50,005 bases of DNA from an uncultured Treponemataceae bacterium (GTDB lineage Bacteria; Spirochaetota; Spirochaetia; Treponematales; UBA12059). Made by a program: the position numbers and the translations under genes. This document shows, in pieces, positions 8,765 to 17,620 of this stretch (the stretch's first letter is position 1; the number at the start of each line of letters is the position of its first letter). The stretch covers positions 1-50,005 of the forward strand of contig CAZNNA010000001.1 in assembly GCA_964573825.1 (NCBI GenBank), written 5' to 3'. The notes below the pieces were generated by a model that saw only the letters and a list, made by a program, of their open reading frames with translations, did not search any database and was not told where the DNA came from.

Positions 8765-9621
8765 TCCTTCGAGCCGGTCGCCCGGGCGCTCGGGCGGCGC
8801 ATGAAGCGGTAGGCGAAGTCGGCCGACAGCTCGGGGCCGAAGAGCCAGCCGGCGGCGCGGCGGAGGCGCCAGAGGGGGCGCGGCATGGATATGCGGCGAC
8901 CCCTGCCGGCGTCGCGCAGGCAGAGGGCGGCGGTCCTGTCGGCCGACCAGCCGTGCCTGACCTCGCGGCGGGCGCCCGCGGACGCTACGAGCGCGAACTC
9001 GCTGGCCACCGGGCCGGGGCAGAGGGCGCAGACGCGTACGCCCCGGCCCTTCCATTCCGAGGCGAGCCCGACGGATAGGCTCAGGCAGTAGGCCTTGCTG
9101 GCGGCGTAGACGGCGAAGCCGCCCAGGGGAGCGAAGGCCGCGAGGCTCGCCACGTTGATGACGACGGCGCCCCGGGCCAGGAAGGGCGATAGGCGCGCGC
9201 AGGCCTCGGTGACGGCCCGGCAGTTGATATCGACCTGCCCTAGGCTCAGCTCCAGCGGCGTGTCGTCGAAGTCCCCGTAGGTGCCGAACCCTGCGTTGTT
9301 GACGAGCACCCTGAGCGGTCCCTGTCCCGAGGCCGTTCCGGGCCTTGCAGAACGCATTCGCTCCTCGAGGCTCGCCAGAGCGCCGGGGGCGACGAGGTCC
9401 AGGGCCAGGGCCTCGACCCTGAGGCCGGGCGAGGCCTTCCTAAGCTCTGCGGCCAGGGCCTCCAGCCTGTCCGCCCGCCTGGCCACCAGCCATAGCTCGC
9501 CGAAGCCGGGTATGCCCCGGTAGCTCTCGCCGCTCGCGGCCAAGGCCGCCAGCCTTCGCGCGAAGGCCTCCCCGATACCCGATGAGGCGCCCGTGACTAT
9601 CGCTATTCCCGTGCTATCCAT
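8731..9621 (-). CDS. short-chain dehydrogenase/reductase (SDR) family oxidoreductase
   Basis: TGASSGIG cofactor motif and YAASKAY catalytic motif. Start taken at MDSTGIAIVTGASSGIG. Confidence 0.85.
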   Translation of the reverse strand: MDSTGIAIVTGASSGIGEAFARRLAALAASGESYRGIPGFGELWLVARRADRLEALAAELRKASPGLRVEALALDLVAPGALASLEERMRSARPGTASGQGPLRVLVNNAGFGTYGDFDDTPLELSLGQVDINCRAVTEACARLSPFLARGAVVINVASLAAFAPLGGFAVYAASKAYCLSLSVGLASEWKGRGVRVCALCPGPVASEFALVASAGARREVRHGWSADRTAALCLRDAGRGRRISMPRPLWRLRRAAGWLFGPELSADFAYRFMRRPSARATGSKDYSPLTDSAFL

Positions 9622-9680
9622 GCTTCGATAGTAGCCGCGCCCGCATCGCCCTGTCAAAGGCGCTATCGCTAGGGTTCCGC

Positions 9681-10904
9681 CTAGCGCGCGCTCGCCCCTG
9701 CCTTTCCCGCAGCCGCGCCGCTGGCCGCTCCGTTGGCCGCCACCCTCGCCAGGGTCTCGTAGACCGTCGATACGCTCGACTTGCGGAGCATGTAGTAGTC
9801 CTTGCCGGCCTCCTTGCAGTCCTTCTTGACCCGAAGGCAGGCGGCGTGGCTGTTGACGTCCACGGGACAGAGCACGACGTCCGCCTGGCTGATGAGCGAG
9901 GGTAGTTCCTGGCTGTGGCAGTCCCCGTCGTGGTAGAGGAAGGAGCCGTTCATCTTGTTGACGACGTCGCGGTAGAAGCCCTTGAGCCTATCGAGGCCTC
10001 CGACCACGAGGACCCGGCGCTCGCAGAGGTCGCAGCCGAGACCGTCGGCCTGGCGGACCTTTCCGGAGTGGCAGGAGGTGCCACCATCCGGAGAGGCGAG
10101 GCAGCCGAGCGCGCAGGCGCCTCGCGCGGCCCGGGCTCGCGCCACCGCGGAGAAGAAGGCGTCCATATCGCGCTTGGCCTCGAGGCGCCACTCGTTCTCG
10201 TGCCGTTCAATGGCCTGGAGGCGCCTGACCTCGTCGCGGAGGGCGAAGGCCTCGCGCCTCAGGGCCTGGGCCTCCGCCTCGAGGGCTTCGTTCTGGGCCC
10301 TGAGCGCCGAGGCGTCCGTACCGGCTGCGGGCCTCGCCGGCTCGGCTCGTACGGAACAGCTGACTCGGTGAAGCTTCTCGAGTTCCTTCTGGGTATCCTT
10401 AAGCCGTCGCCTGTAATCATCCCTGGCCGCGGCTAGCCTTTCCTCGCGCTTCGCGGCTGCCGCTAGCTCCGCCTCGGCGCGCTCGAGCTCGTCCCTCAGG
10501 GAGTGCGCGTACATATGGACGAGGCCGTAGAGCCTATCGTTTTCCTTTTTACCGAAGCGCGCGTACTTGGCCGTGATCCAGATGAAGGCGCCGTAGCCCG
10601 TCGCGCAGAGCAGCTCCTCCACCGCGGCCAACCACGAGCCGAGCTCGACGTGGCGCGCCCGGTCGAGCTCCTTGGCGTGCTTGGCGTCCAGGAGTCGCTC
10701 CACGCGAGAGGCGGCCGCGCCCTCCCGTACGCCTAGCTCCTTGACGAGCCATTCATGGAGGGCGATGCCTTCGAGGCGCGGCGCGGGGGCCGCTACTGAC
10801 CGTCGGTGGACGCTCCTCCGCTCTTCCTCGCTCAGGCAGAATCCTACTATCGGACAGAAGTAGGCTCGGTCTATGTCCCATATCCGTCTCTCCGCCTCTA
10901 GCAT
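9681..10904 (-). CDS. DUF2325-like protein with central coiled coil and Cys-rich segment
   Basis: C-terminal VLVVGGLDRLKGFYRDVV...VVLCPVDVNSHAA...KKDCK resembles DUF2325 (from memory). Preceded by the Cys cluster CALGC...C...CDLC. AAGGAGAG RBS before the ATG at 10904; the ORF-track GTG at 10925 is less likely. Confidence 0.75.
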   Translation of the reverse strand: MLEAERRIWDIDRAYFCPIVGFCLSEEERRSVHRRSVAAPAPRLEGIALHEWLVKELGVREGAAASRVERLLDAKHAKELDRARHVELGSWLAAVEELLCATGYGAFIWITAKYARFGKKENDRLYGLVHMYAHSLRDELERAEAELAAAAKREERLAAARDDYRRRLKDTQKELEKLHRVSCSVRAEPARPAAGTDASALRAQNEALEAEAQALRREAFALRDEVRRLQAIERHENEWRLEAKRDMDAFFSAVARARAARGACALGCLASPDGGTSCHSGKVRQADGLGCDLCERRVLVVGGLDRLKGFYRDVVNKMNGSFLYHDGDCHSQELPSLISQADVVLCPVDVNSHAACLRVKKDCKEAGKDYYMLRKSSVSTVYETLARVAANGAASGAAAGKAGASAR

Positions 10905-10953
10905 CGCTCTCTCCTTGCTTGACACGGGTAGTCCGTGCGGGTATCATAAGAAT

Positions 10954-10972
10954 GATAATGATTATCATTATC
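10954..10972. promoter_or_regulatory. Fur box in the divergent promoter region
   Basis: GATAATGATTATCATTATC matches the classical 19-bp Fur consensus GATAATGATAATCATTATC at 18/19 positions. It sits in the only AT-rich stretch between the two divergent genes. Confidence 0.7.
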
Positions 10973-11000
10973 ATAATAAGGCATGTCAAGGAGTCTCGAT

Positions 11001-11435
11001 ATGAGCGTACTTAAGGTTATCTACTGGAGCGGTACGGGTAATACCAAGGCCATGGCCGAGGCCGTGGCCAAGGGGGCCCGGGCGGCGGGCGCGACCGCCC
11101 AGCTGCTCGACGTCTCCGGCGTCGACGCGGCCAAGGCCCTGGAGGCCGACGCCTTGGCCCTGGGTTGCCCCGCGATGGGCGCGGAGGTGCTCGAGGAGGC
11201 TGAGATGGAACCCTTCGTCTCGGCGCTCGAGTCCGCCGGCCTCGGAGGCAAGCGCCTCGGGCTCTTCGGCTCCTATGACTGGGGCGACGGTCAGTGGATG
11301 CGCGAGTGGAAGGAGCGTATGGAGAAGGCCGGCGCGTCGGTGCTCGGCGAGGGCGTCATGGCCAACAACGCGCCCGACGCGGCGGCCCTCGGCGCCTGCG
11401 AGGCCCTGGGCGCGGCCCTGGCCGGAAAGGCCTAG
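11001..11435 (+). CDS. short-chain flavodoxin
   Basis: VIYWSGTGNTKAMAE FMN phosphate-binding loop, LGCPAMG and FGSYDWGDGQWM. Collinear with clostridial flavodoxins. AAGGAG RBS at 10988-10993. Confidence 0.95.
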   Translation: MSVLKVIYWSGTGNTKAMAEAVAKGARAAGATAQLLDVSGVDAAKALEADALALGCPAMGAEVLEEAEMEPFVSALESAGLGGKRLGLFGSYDWGDGQWMREWKERMEKAGASVLGEGVMANNAPDAAALGACEALGAALAGKA

Positions 11436-11440
11436 GCCCC

Positions 11441-12070
11441 ATGACGGAAGGCGCGGTCCCGGACCGCCTGGGCATCGAGCTCTACTATGCGCTCGATGCC
11501 TTGCCCGCGGAGGAGCATCTGTTCTCACTCATTGCGTATCATGGCGCGCCTACCGTCTCCGGGCTCAAGCCCGCGACGATGCTCTGCTTCGGGAATGGCC
11601 GCAAGGCCCTCCTGGACGCCTGGCGCGCGCGCGGCGCCTCCGCCTGCGCTGAGCTCGGGTTGGCTTGCACCGAGCTGCGCGGCGGAGAGACCGGTATCAA
11701 CGTCCTGCTCTATAGGGCCGGGGCTCTCCTCGGCGCCCTGGAGGAGCCCGAGGCGACGGCCTTGCTCCGGGAGCAGGGCTACGACGTTCCCGCCTCGCTC
11801 GAGCGCTACCTCGAGCGCCTCTCGTTCCGCTTCGCGGATGCGTGCCCGCACGAGGTCGGCGTCTTCCTGGGTATCCCCGCGGAGGACGTGCGCGGCTTCA
11901 TGCGGCACGGCGGCATGAATTGCCATTTCTGCAGCTATTGGAAGGTGTACCACGAGCCAGAGGCCGCCCGGGAGCGCTTCGCGCGCTTCGACGAGGCTCG
12001 CCGGGCGGTGGGCCGGGCCATACTCGCCGGTAGGCTCCGCGCCCCCTGGGCGGAACGAGCGAGCGCCTAA
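11441..12070 (+). CDS. DUF3793-like protein
   Basis: GAPTVSGLKPATM...CPHEVGVFLGIPAEDVRGF...C.FCSYWKVY resembles DUF3793, which I recall as often flavodoxin-adjacent. The ORF-track N-terminal extension overlaps the flavodoxin gene and is rejected. Confidence 0.7.
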   Translation: MTEGAVPDRLGIELYYALDALPAEEHLFSLIAYHGAPTVSGLKPATMLCFGNGRKALLDAWRARGASACAELGLACTELRGGETGINVLLYRAGALLGALEEPEATALLREQGYDVPASLERYLERLSFRFADACPHEVGVFLGIPAEDVRGFMRHGGMNCHFCSYWKVYHEPEAARERFARFDEARRAVGRAILAGRLRAPWAERASA

Positions 12071-12897
12071 TGAGCATACGCAAGCTGGCCGTCTACGGTA
12101 AGGGCGGTATAGGAAAGTCCACCACGGTCTCCAATCTCTCGGCGGCGCTCGCCGTGGCGGGGTATAGGGTCATGCAGATCGGCTGCGATCCCAAGTCCGA
12201 TTCCACGACCAACCTCCTGGGCGGCGAGCGCATGGCGACGGTGCTGGACGCCATGCGCGGCTCGCGCTCGGTGGTCCTTAAGGACATCGTCAGGGAGGGG
12301 TTCGGAGGCGTCCTCTGCGTCGAGGCGGGCGGACCGACGCCAGGCATAGGCTGCGCCGGGCGCGGCATCATAGCGGCCTTCGAGAAGCTCGAGGAGCTCG
12401 ACGCCTTCGGCCGCTATCGGCCGGACGTCGTCCTCTACGACGTACTCGGGGACGTCGTCTGCGGCGGCTTCGCCATGCCCATGCGCAGGGGCTACGCCGA
12501 CGAGATCGTCATAGTCAGCTCGGGCGAGATGATGGCGCTCTACGCGGCCGGCAACATCGCCGGAGCGCTGCGGAACTTCCAGGGACGGGGCTACGCGACG
12601 CTCCGGGGCCTCGTCCTCAATCGACGCAACGTCGATGACGAGCGGGCCCTAGTGGAGCGCGCGGCGTCGGAGATGGGCGCCTCCATAGTCGGCGAGGTGC
12701 CGCGCTGCGGCCTCGTGCAGGAGGCCGAGGCCGAGGGCAAGACCGTGGTCGAGCGCTTTCCCGATAGCGACATGTGCGCCGTCTATCGAGCCCTGGCCCT
12801 CGAGCTCGTGGAGGTAGAGGCCGCGCCTCAGGCCGCGCCTCAGGCCGCGCCTTTGAGCGCGCCTTTGGGCGACGGCTCCGGGGAGCTCGCCTCATGA
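12070..12897 (+). CDS. NifH/BchL/CfbC-family ATP-dependent reductase component (nitrogenase iron protein-like)
   Basis: Walker A YGKGGIGKST, switch I CDPKSDST, and both 4Fe-4S ligand contexts GIGCAGRGI and YDVLGDVVCGGFAMPMR. C-terminal AAPQ/AAPQ/AAPL/SAPL tail. TAATG overlap with the upstream gene. Confidence 0.95.
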   Translation: MSIRKLAVYGKGGIGKSTTVSNLSAALAVAGYRVMQIGCDPKSDSTTNLLGGERMATVLDAMRGSRSVVLKDIVREGFGGVLCVEAGGPTPGIGCAGRGIIAAFEKLEELDAFGRYRPDVVLYDVLGDVVCGGFAMPMRRGYADEIVIVSSGEMMALYAAGNIAGALRNFQGRGYATLRGLVLNRRNVDDERALVERAASEMGASIVGEVPRCGLVQEAEAEGKTVVERFPDSDMCAVYRALALELVEVEAAPQAAPQAAPLSAPLGDGSGELAS

Positions 12898-14243
12898 GGG
12901 CCGACGCCACCGACGAGATGACCATAGGGCGGCTGGCCGGCGATCCGGGGCGGGTCCTGGGCACGGAGGCCTCCGATTCCACGCTCCACTACTGCTCTCC
13001 GGCCCACGGAGGCTGGGGCGTCGTACGGACGGCCCTCCTCGTGCCCGAGACCTACCTGCTCTTCGCCTGCCCCGCGGCCTGCGGTCGCCACGGCGCCATA
13101 GCCGCCATCGAGCAGGGTTACAAGGACCGGGTCGGCTACCTCTGCCTGGAGGAGGACGAGATAGTCCTCGGCGGCTACGAGCCCGAGATCGAGCGCGGGG
13201 TCGGCGAGGCGCTCGCGGCCCTCAAGGCGGCCGGCCGAGCCCCCCGGGCCCTGATGCTCTGCGTGAGCTGCATAGACGACCTCCTGGCTACCGACCATGA
13301 GGCCGCCCTGGCGAGGCTGGAGGCCGAACACGGCCTGCCCGTCCGCCTGGCCCGCATGAACCCCATCATGATCGACGGGAAGCTGCCGCCGGCCCAGCGC
13401 ATCCAGCGGACCATGTACGAGTTCCTCGAGCCCGCGACTGATCGCGACGACGGCGTCCTCCTCCTCGGGAGCTTCGTTCCGCCGGCCCGCTCTTCCGAGC
13501 TCGCCCGCCTCGTCTCCGCCCTGGGCCTCGGGCCGCTGCGCCATCCGTCCTTCTACGATAGCCTCGAAGAGTTCCGCGCCTCGGCGAGAAGTCGCCGGGC
13601 CTTGGTCCTCCGGCCGGAAGGCGCCGCGGCGGCCGCCTATGCGGAGGAGCGGCTCGGGATTTCCTGCCTGGCCGCGCCGGTGGCCTATAGCGAGGCCCTC
13701 GTGGCCGAGCGGTATCGGGCGATCGTCGACTTCCTCCTGCCCGTGGGCGCCGAGCGCGCCCTGGCCTTGGCCCTGGCGAGGCGAGGGGCCGAGGAGGCGG
13801 CCGCGGCGGCGGAGCGCGCGGCCCGCGCCCTCCTGGGCGCGCGGGTGGCTGTCGACTCGACGGTCAGCGCCTCTCCCTTCGACCTGGCCCTGGCCCTGGT
13901 CGAGGCCGGCGTCGACGTCGAGCGGATCTACGCCGAGCGCCTCCCCGCCCATGAACGAGCCTCCTTCGATCGCCTGGCCAGGCTGAGGCCAGGCCTCGTC
14001 GTCTCCAACCCGAGTCACATGAGGCGCCATGCCGGGCGGCCCGAGCGGCCCCTGGCGGACCTGGCCCTGGGCTTCGCCGCCGCCTACGCCTCCGGCGCGC
14101 CTCGGACGGTGCCCCTGGCCTTCGACGAGGGGCTCTACGGCTACGAGGGCAGGCGCCTCGTCATGGAGGCCCTCGAGGCGGCCAGCGCCGGGGACGCGCC
14201 TGACCTGGAGAGCCAGGTGCGCGACTACGGGCTCGTCGTATGA
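12894..14243 (+). CDS. nitrogenase component-1 type oxidoreductase, NifD/NifE/BchN-like subunit
   Basis: ATGA overlap with the nifH-like stop. Cys pattern YCSPAHG-x25-FACPAAC-x(63/66)-LCVSC is spaced like the NifD/NifE cluster ligands. General Oxidored_nitro-like layout. Confidence 0.8.
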   Translation: MRADATDEMTIGRLAGDPGRVLGTEASDSTLHYCSPAHGGWGVVRTALLVPETYLLFACPAACGRHGAIAAIEQGYKDRVGYLCLEEDEIVLGGYEPEIERGVGEALAALKAAGRAPRALMLCVSCIDDLLATDHEAALARLEAEHGLPVRLARMNPIMIDGKLPPAQRIQRTMYEFLEPATDRDDGVLLLGSFVPPARSSELARLVSALGLGPLRHPSFYDSLEEFRASARSRRALVLRPEGAAAAAYAEERLGISCLAAPVAYSEALVAERYRAIVDFLLPVGAERALALALARRGAEEAAAAAERAARALLGARVAVDSTVSASPFDLALALVEAGVDVERIYAERLPAHERASFDRLARLRPGLVVSNPSHMRRHAGRPERPLADLALGFAAAYASGAPRTVPLAFDEGLYGYEGRRLVMEALEAASAGDAPDLESQVRDYGLVV

Positions 14244-14256
14244 GAAAGGCGCAGCA

Positions 14257-15474
14257 ATGAGTAGGCTCCTTCAGACCCTGCCGCCCCTGTCGCCCGACTA
14301 CTCGGGCGTGGCCTCGGCCCTGCACGATCTCGGCGCGCTCACGGTCATCCACGACGCCTCGGGCTGCACCGGCACCTACGCCGGCTACGACGAGCCGCGC
14401 TGGTTCGGCAGCCGGAGCCCGGTCTTCTGTTCGGGTCTACGGGACCTGGACGCGGTCATGGGCGACGACGAGAAGCTCCTTTCCAAGCTTCGCCTGGCCG
14501 CTGCCGAGGCGCGGCCGCCCCTGGCGGCGGTGGTCGGGAGCCCCGTGCCCATGGTGGTGGGCTTCGACTTCCAGGGCTTCGCCGCGCTGGCCGAGCGCGA
14601 GACGGGCGTACCGACCCTCGGCTTCCCGGCCAACGGCCTCGGGCTCTATGACGACGGGCAGCGGGCGGCCTACGCGGCCCTCTTCGAGCGCTTCCTTCCC
14701 GACGGGATCCCGCGCGAGCCGCGGACCGTCAACCTGCTCGGCGCCTCGGCCCTCGACGGCTTCGATGACGAGGCCCTGGACCTGCTCGAGGCCCTGGCTT
14801 CCGAGGCCGGGCTCCGGCGCCTGGCCGTCTGGGGCGCCCGCTCGCCGCTCTCGGAGCTTACGAGGAGCGGGGCGGCCGCGGTCAATTGGGTCGTGACGGC
14901 CGCGGCCCTGCCCTTGGCCAGGCGGCTCCGCGAGCGCTACGGCACGCCCTTCGTCGTAGGGCTGCCCATAGGCTCCCGCGAGCGCAGGCGCCTGCTGGCA
15001 GAGCTGGCCGCTATCGGGGGCTCGGTCGGAGCGCCTCTTATGGCCAGGGAGAGGGAAGGGGAGACCCTGGCCGACGCTCGGGACGGCGAGGCCGCTCGCT
15101 CGGCGCGCCGCCGGGTCCTGGTCGTCGGCGAGCGGCTGCTCTGCGAGTCCCTGAGAGCCTGGCTCGAGGGCGAGCTCGGCCTCGGGCCCGTCGCGGTCGC
15201 CGGCTTCTTCTCCGACGACCCGTACTACGCCCGCAGAGGTTATAAAAAATATATAACAGAAGCCGAGGCCTCGAACGCGCTCCGCGAGCCGGGCCTCGAG
15301 CTCGTCATAGGGGATCCGCTCCTTTCGGGCCTCCTATCTTCGGCTCGCCTCGTACCCCTGCCGCACGCGGCCCTGTCGGGCCGCCTCTACCGGGAATCCC
15401 GCTCCCGCCTCTTCGAGGCGCGGGGCCTTGCATCGTTAACGTCTCTCCTAGGAGGTTCTCATGATTACGCATAG
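14257..15474 (+). CDS. nitrogenase component-1 type oxidoreductase, NifK/NifN/BchB-like subunit
   Basis: Starts at MSRLLQTLPPLSPDYSG. Contains HDASGCTG...VFCSGLRDLDAVMG. The third canonical Cys position reads GSPVPMVVG (no Cys). Confidence 0.75.
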   Translation: MSRLLQTLPPLSPDYSGVASALHDLGALTVIHDASGCTGTYAGYDEPRWFGSRSPVFCSGLRDLDAVMGDDEKLLSKLRLAAAEARPPLAAVVGSPVPMVVGFDFQGFAALAERETGVPTLGFPANGLGLYDDGQRAAYAALFERFLPDGIPREPRTVNLLGASALDGFDDEALDLLEALASEAGLRRLAVWGARSPLSELTRSGAAAVNWVVTAAALPLARRLRERYGTPFVVGLPIGSRERRRLLAELAAIGGSVGAPLMAREREGETLADARDGEAARSARRRVLVVGERLLCESLRAWLEGELGLGPVAVAGFFSDDPYYARRGYKKYITEAEASNALREPGLELVIGDPLLSGLLSSARLVPLPHAALSGRLYRESRSRLFEARGLASLTSLLGGSHDYA

Positions 15475-16560
15475 GACGGCCCCACGGCTCGCCCTCGTCA
15501 CCCTGCTCCTGGCCGCGGCCCTGGCCTCGGCCTTCGGGCAGGCGGGCCGGGCCGCTACCCGCGCCATAGTCGACCAGACCGGCGCCACGGTCGTCATTCC
15601 CGCCAAGGTGGAGCGGGTGGTCATCACCTCGCTCTGGCCCCTGCCCTCGGTCTTCTGCCTGGTCGACGGCTCCGGCAAGCGCCTCGTCGGCATGCATCCC
15701 GCCTCGCTCAGCGCGGCCAAGACCTCGATGCTGGCCAAGACGACGCCCTCAAGGCCTCGACCTCCTTCATGAAGGGCAGCTCGCTCAATATCGAGGAGCT
15801 CCTTAAGCTACGCCCCGACGTGGTGCTCTACAGCGCCGTCAATACCGGGGAGCGCGAGCTGCTCGAGAAGGCCGGGCTCAAGGCCGTAGGCTTCAGCACG
15901 ACGGTGGCCGAGTTCAACACCCTGGAGACGGTCGTCTCCTGGATGGATCTCCTCGGAGAGATCCTGGACAAGAAGACTCGTGCCGAGGATATCAAGCGCT
16001 ACGGCTACGAGGCCCTCGGCTCTATCTATTCCCGGACCTGGAACCTCTCCGACGCTAAGAAGCCCCGGGCGCTCATACTCTTCCGCCATAGCGATAAGGA
16101 GATTGTCGCCACGGGCAGTAACTTCTTCGGCGACTTCTGGCTACGCTCCACCGGCGCCATCAACGTGGCGGCCTCGCTCAAGGGCAACCAGCCGGTCAAC
16201 ATGGAGCAGGTCTACGCCTGGAACCCCGATATCATCTACGTGACCAATTTCAGCGCCTCCCTGCCCGAGGACTTCTACGCGGGCAAGATAGGGGGCCAAG
16301 ACTGGAGCAAGGTCGCGGCGGTCAGGAACCGCAAGGTCTACAAGTCGCCGCTCGGCCACTATCGCTGGTTCCCGCCGAGCTCCGACGCCCCGCTCATGCT
16401 GCTCTGGATGGCCACCAAGAATCAGCCGGAGCTGTTCAAGGACGTCGACTTCGAGCGGCGCCTCCGCGACTACTTCCTTCGCTTCCACGACTACCGCCTG
16501 AGCGACGAGGACATACGCTCCATCCTCAATCCGCCGCGCGAGGCCGCCGACGGTGTTTGA
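15461..16560 (+). pseudogene. periplasmic binding protein of the FecB/BtuF/HmuT class (Peripla_BP_2-like), interrupted by a frameshift near 15740
   Basis: The N-terminal part (signal peptide, ...VVITSLWPLPSVFCLVDG...HPASLSAAKTSMLAK) is in one frame. The continuation ...DALKASTSFMKGSSLNIEELLKLRPDVVLY... is in the frame of ORF 15769..16560. Together they make one normal-length binding protein. Confidence 0.75.
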
Positions 16561-17620
16561 TCCCGGTCCGGGCACGGCCGCCGGGGTCGCCGCCGGGCGG
16601 CGGTCCCGGGCGCCCGCCCTCGTCCTGGCCTTCGCCCTCCTCGGGCCCCTGGCCGTCGCCTGCCTCGGCCTCGGGCGGCTCTGGGTTCCGCCCTCGCGCA
16701 TCGTGGGCATCCTGGCGGCCAGGGCGGCTCCGTCCCTGGCTCCGACCGAGCCGGCCTGGGCCGACTTCGAGGAGGCGGTCATCATGAACGTTCGCCTGCC
16801 GCGCATCCTCATGGCCATGCTCGTGGGCGCCGGGCTCGCCCTGGCGGGAGGCGCCTTCCAGGGCCTCTTCGCCAACCCGCTGGCCACGCCCGATACCCTC
16901 GGCGTGGGGGCGGGCGCCTCCTTCGGCGCCGCCTTGGGCATACTGCTGTCGGAAAGCTTCCTCGTCGTGCAGGCCTGCTCCCTCGGCATGGGCCTCGTCG
17001 CCATGGGCCTGACCTATGCCGTCAGCAAGGTCAAGGAGCGCCGCTCCGTCCTCATGATTGTGCTGTCGGGCATAGTGACCGGCGCCTTCTTCCAGGCCCT
17101 CATCTCCCTCACCAAGTATGTGGCCGACCCGGAGACCAAGCTCCCGGCCATCACCTACTGGCTCCTCGGCAGCATAGCCGACGTGTCCTACGCCAGCATC
17201 GCCATGGGCGCGCCCGCCATCATCCTCGGCATGGCCGTCATCGTGGCGCTCCGCTGGCGGCTGGATATCCTCTCCCTGAGCGACGACGAGGCGTGGTCCC
17301 TGGGCCTCAACGTGCCAGTCCTGCGCTGGGCCGTCATAGGCGCCTCCACGCTTATCACCGCTTCCGCCGTGTCGCTCTGCGGCCAGGTCGGCTGGGTCGG
17401 CCTCGTCGTGCCGCACGCGGCCAGGATGATCGTGGGCAGCGACCACAGGACCATGATCCCGATGAGCGCGGCGCTCGGCGCCGGCTTCCTCCTCGTCGTC
17501 GACACCTTCGCGCGCTCGGCCACGGCCGCGGAGATACCGCTGTCCATCCTGACCGCCATGATAGGGGCCCCGTTCTTCGCGGCCCTCCTCAGGAAGACCC
17601 AGGGGGGCGCATGGAGCTGA
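16553..17620 (+). CDS. FecCD/BtuC-family ABC permease
   Basis: About 10 hydrophobic segments with typical FecCD sequence (RLPRILMAMLVGAGLALAGGAFQGLFANPLATPDTLGV). GTG start overlaps the upstream stop. Confidence 0.9.
   Translation: MFDPGPGTAAGVAAGRRSRAPALVLAFALLGPLAVACLGLGRLWVPPSRIVGILAARAAPSLAPTEPAWADFEEAVIMNVRLPRILMAMLVGAGLALAGGAFQGLFANPLATPDTLGVGAGASFGAALGILLSESFLVVQACSLGMGLVAMGLTYAVSKVKERRSVLMIVLSGIVTGAFFQALISLTKYVADPETKLPAITYWLLGSIADVSYASIAMGAPAIILGMAVIVALRWRLDILSLSDDEAWSLGLNVPVLRWAVIGASTLITASAVSLCGQVGWVGLVVPHAARMIVGSDHRTMIPMSAALGAGFLLVVDTFARSATAAEIPLSILTAMIGAPFFAALLRKTQGGAWS

Noticed and set aside
12820-12867. 12-nt tandem repeats considered as a CRISPR or regulatory repeat
   Set aside because: The repeats are in frame within the nifH-like coding sequence (AAPQ/AAPL units) and contiguous without spacers. 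This is a low-complexity protein tail, not an array.
12070-15474. Bona fide nitrogen-fixing nitrogenase (nifHDK)
   Set aside because: The D- and K-like proteins are short (449 and 405 aa). I could not find the FeMo-co ligand context, and one P-cluster Cys position is missing. No nifB/E/N/V genes are nearby, and the neighbours are a flavodoxin and a chelate importer.
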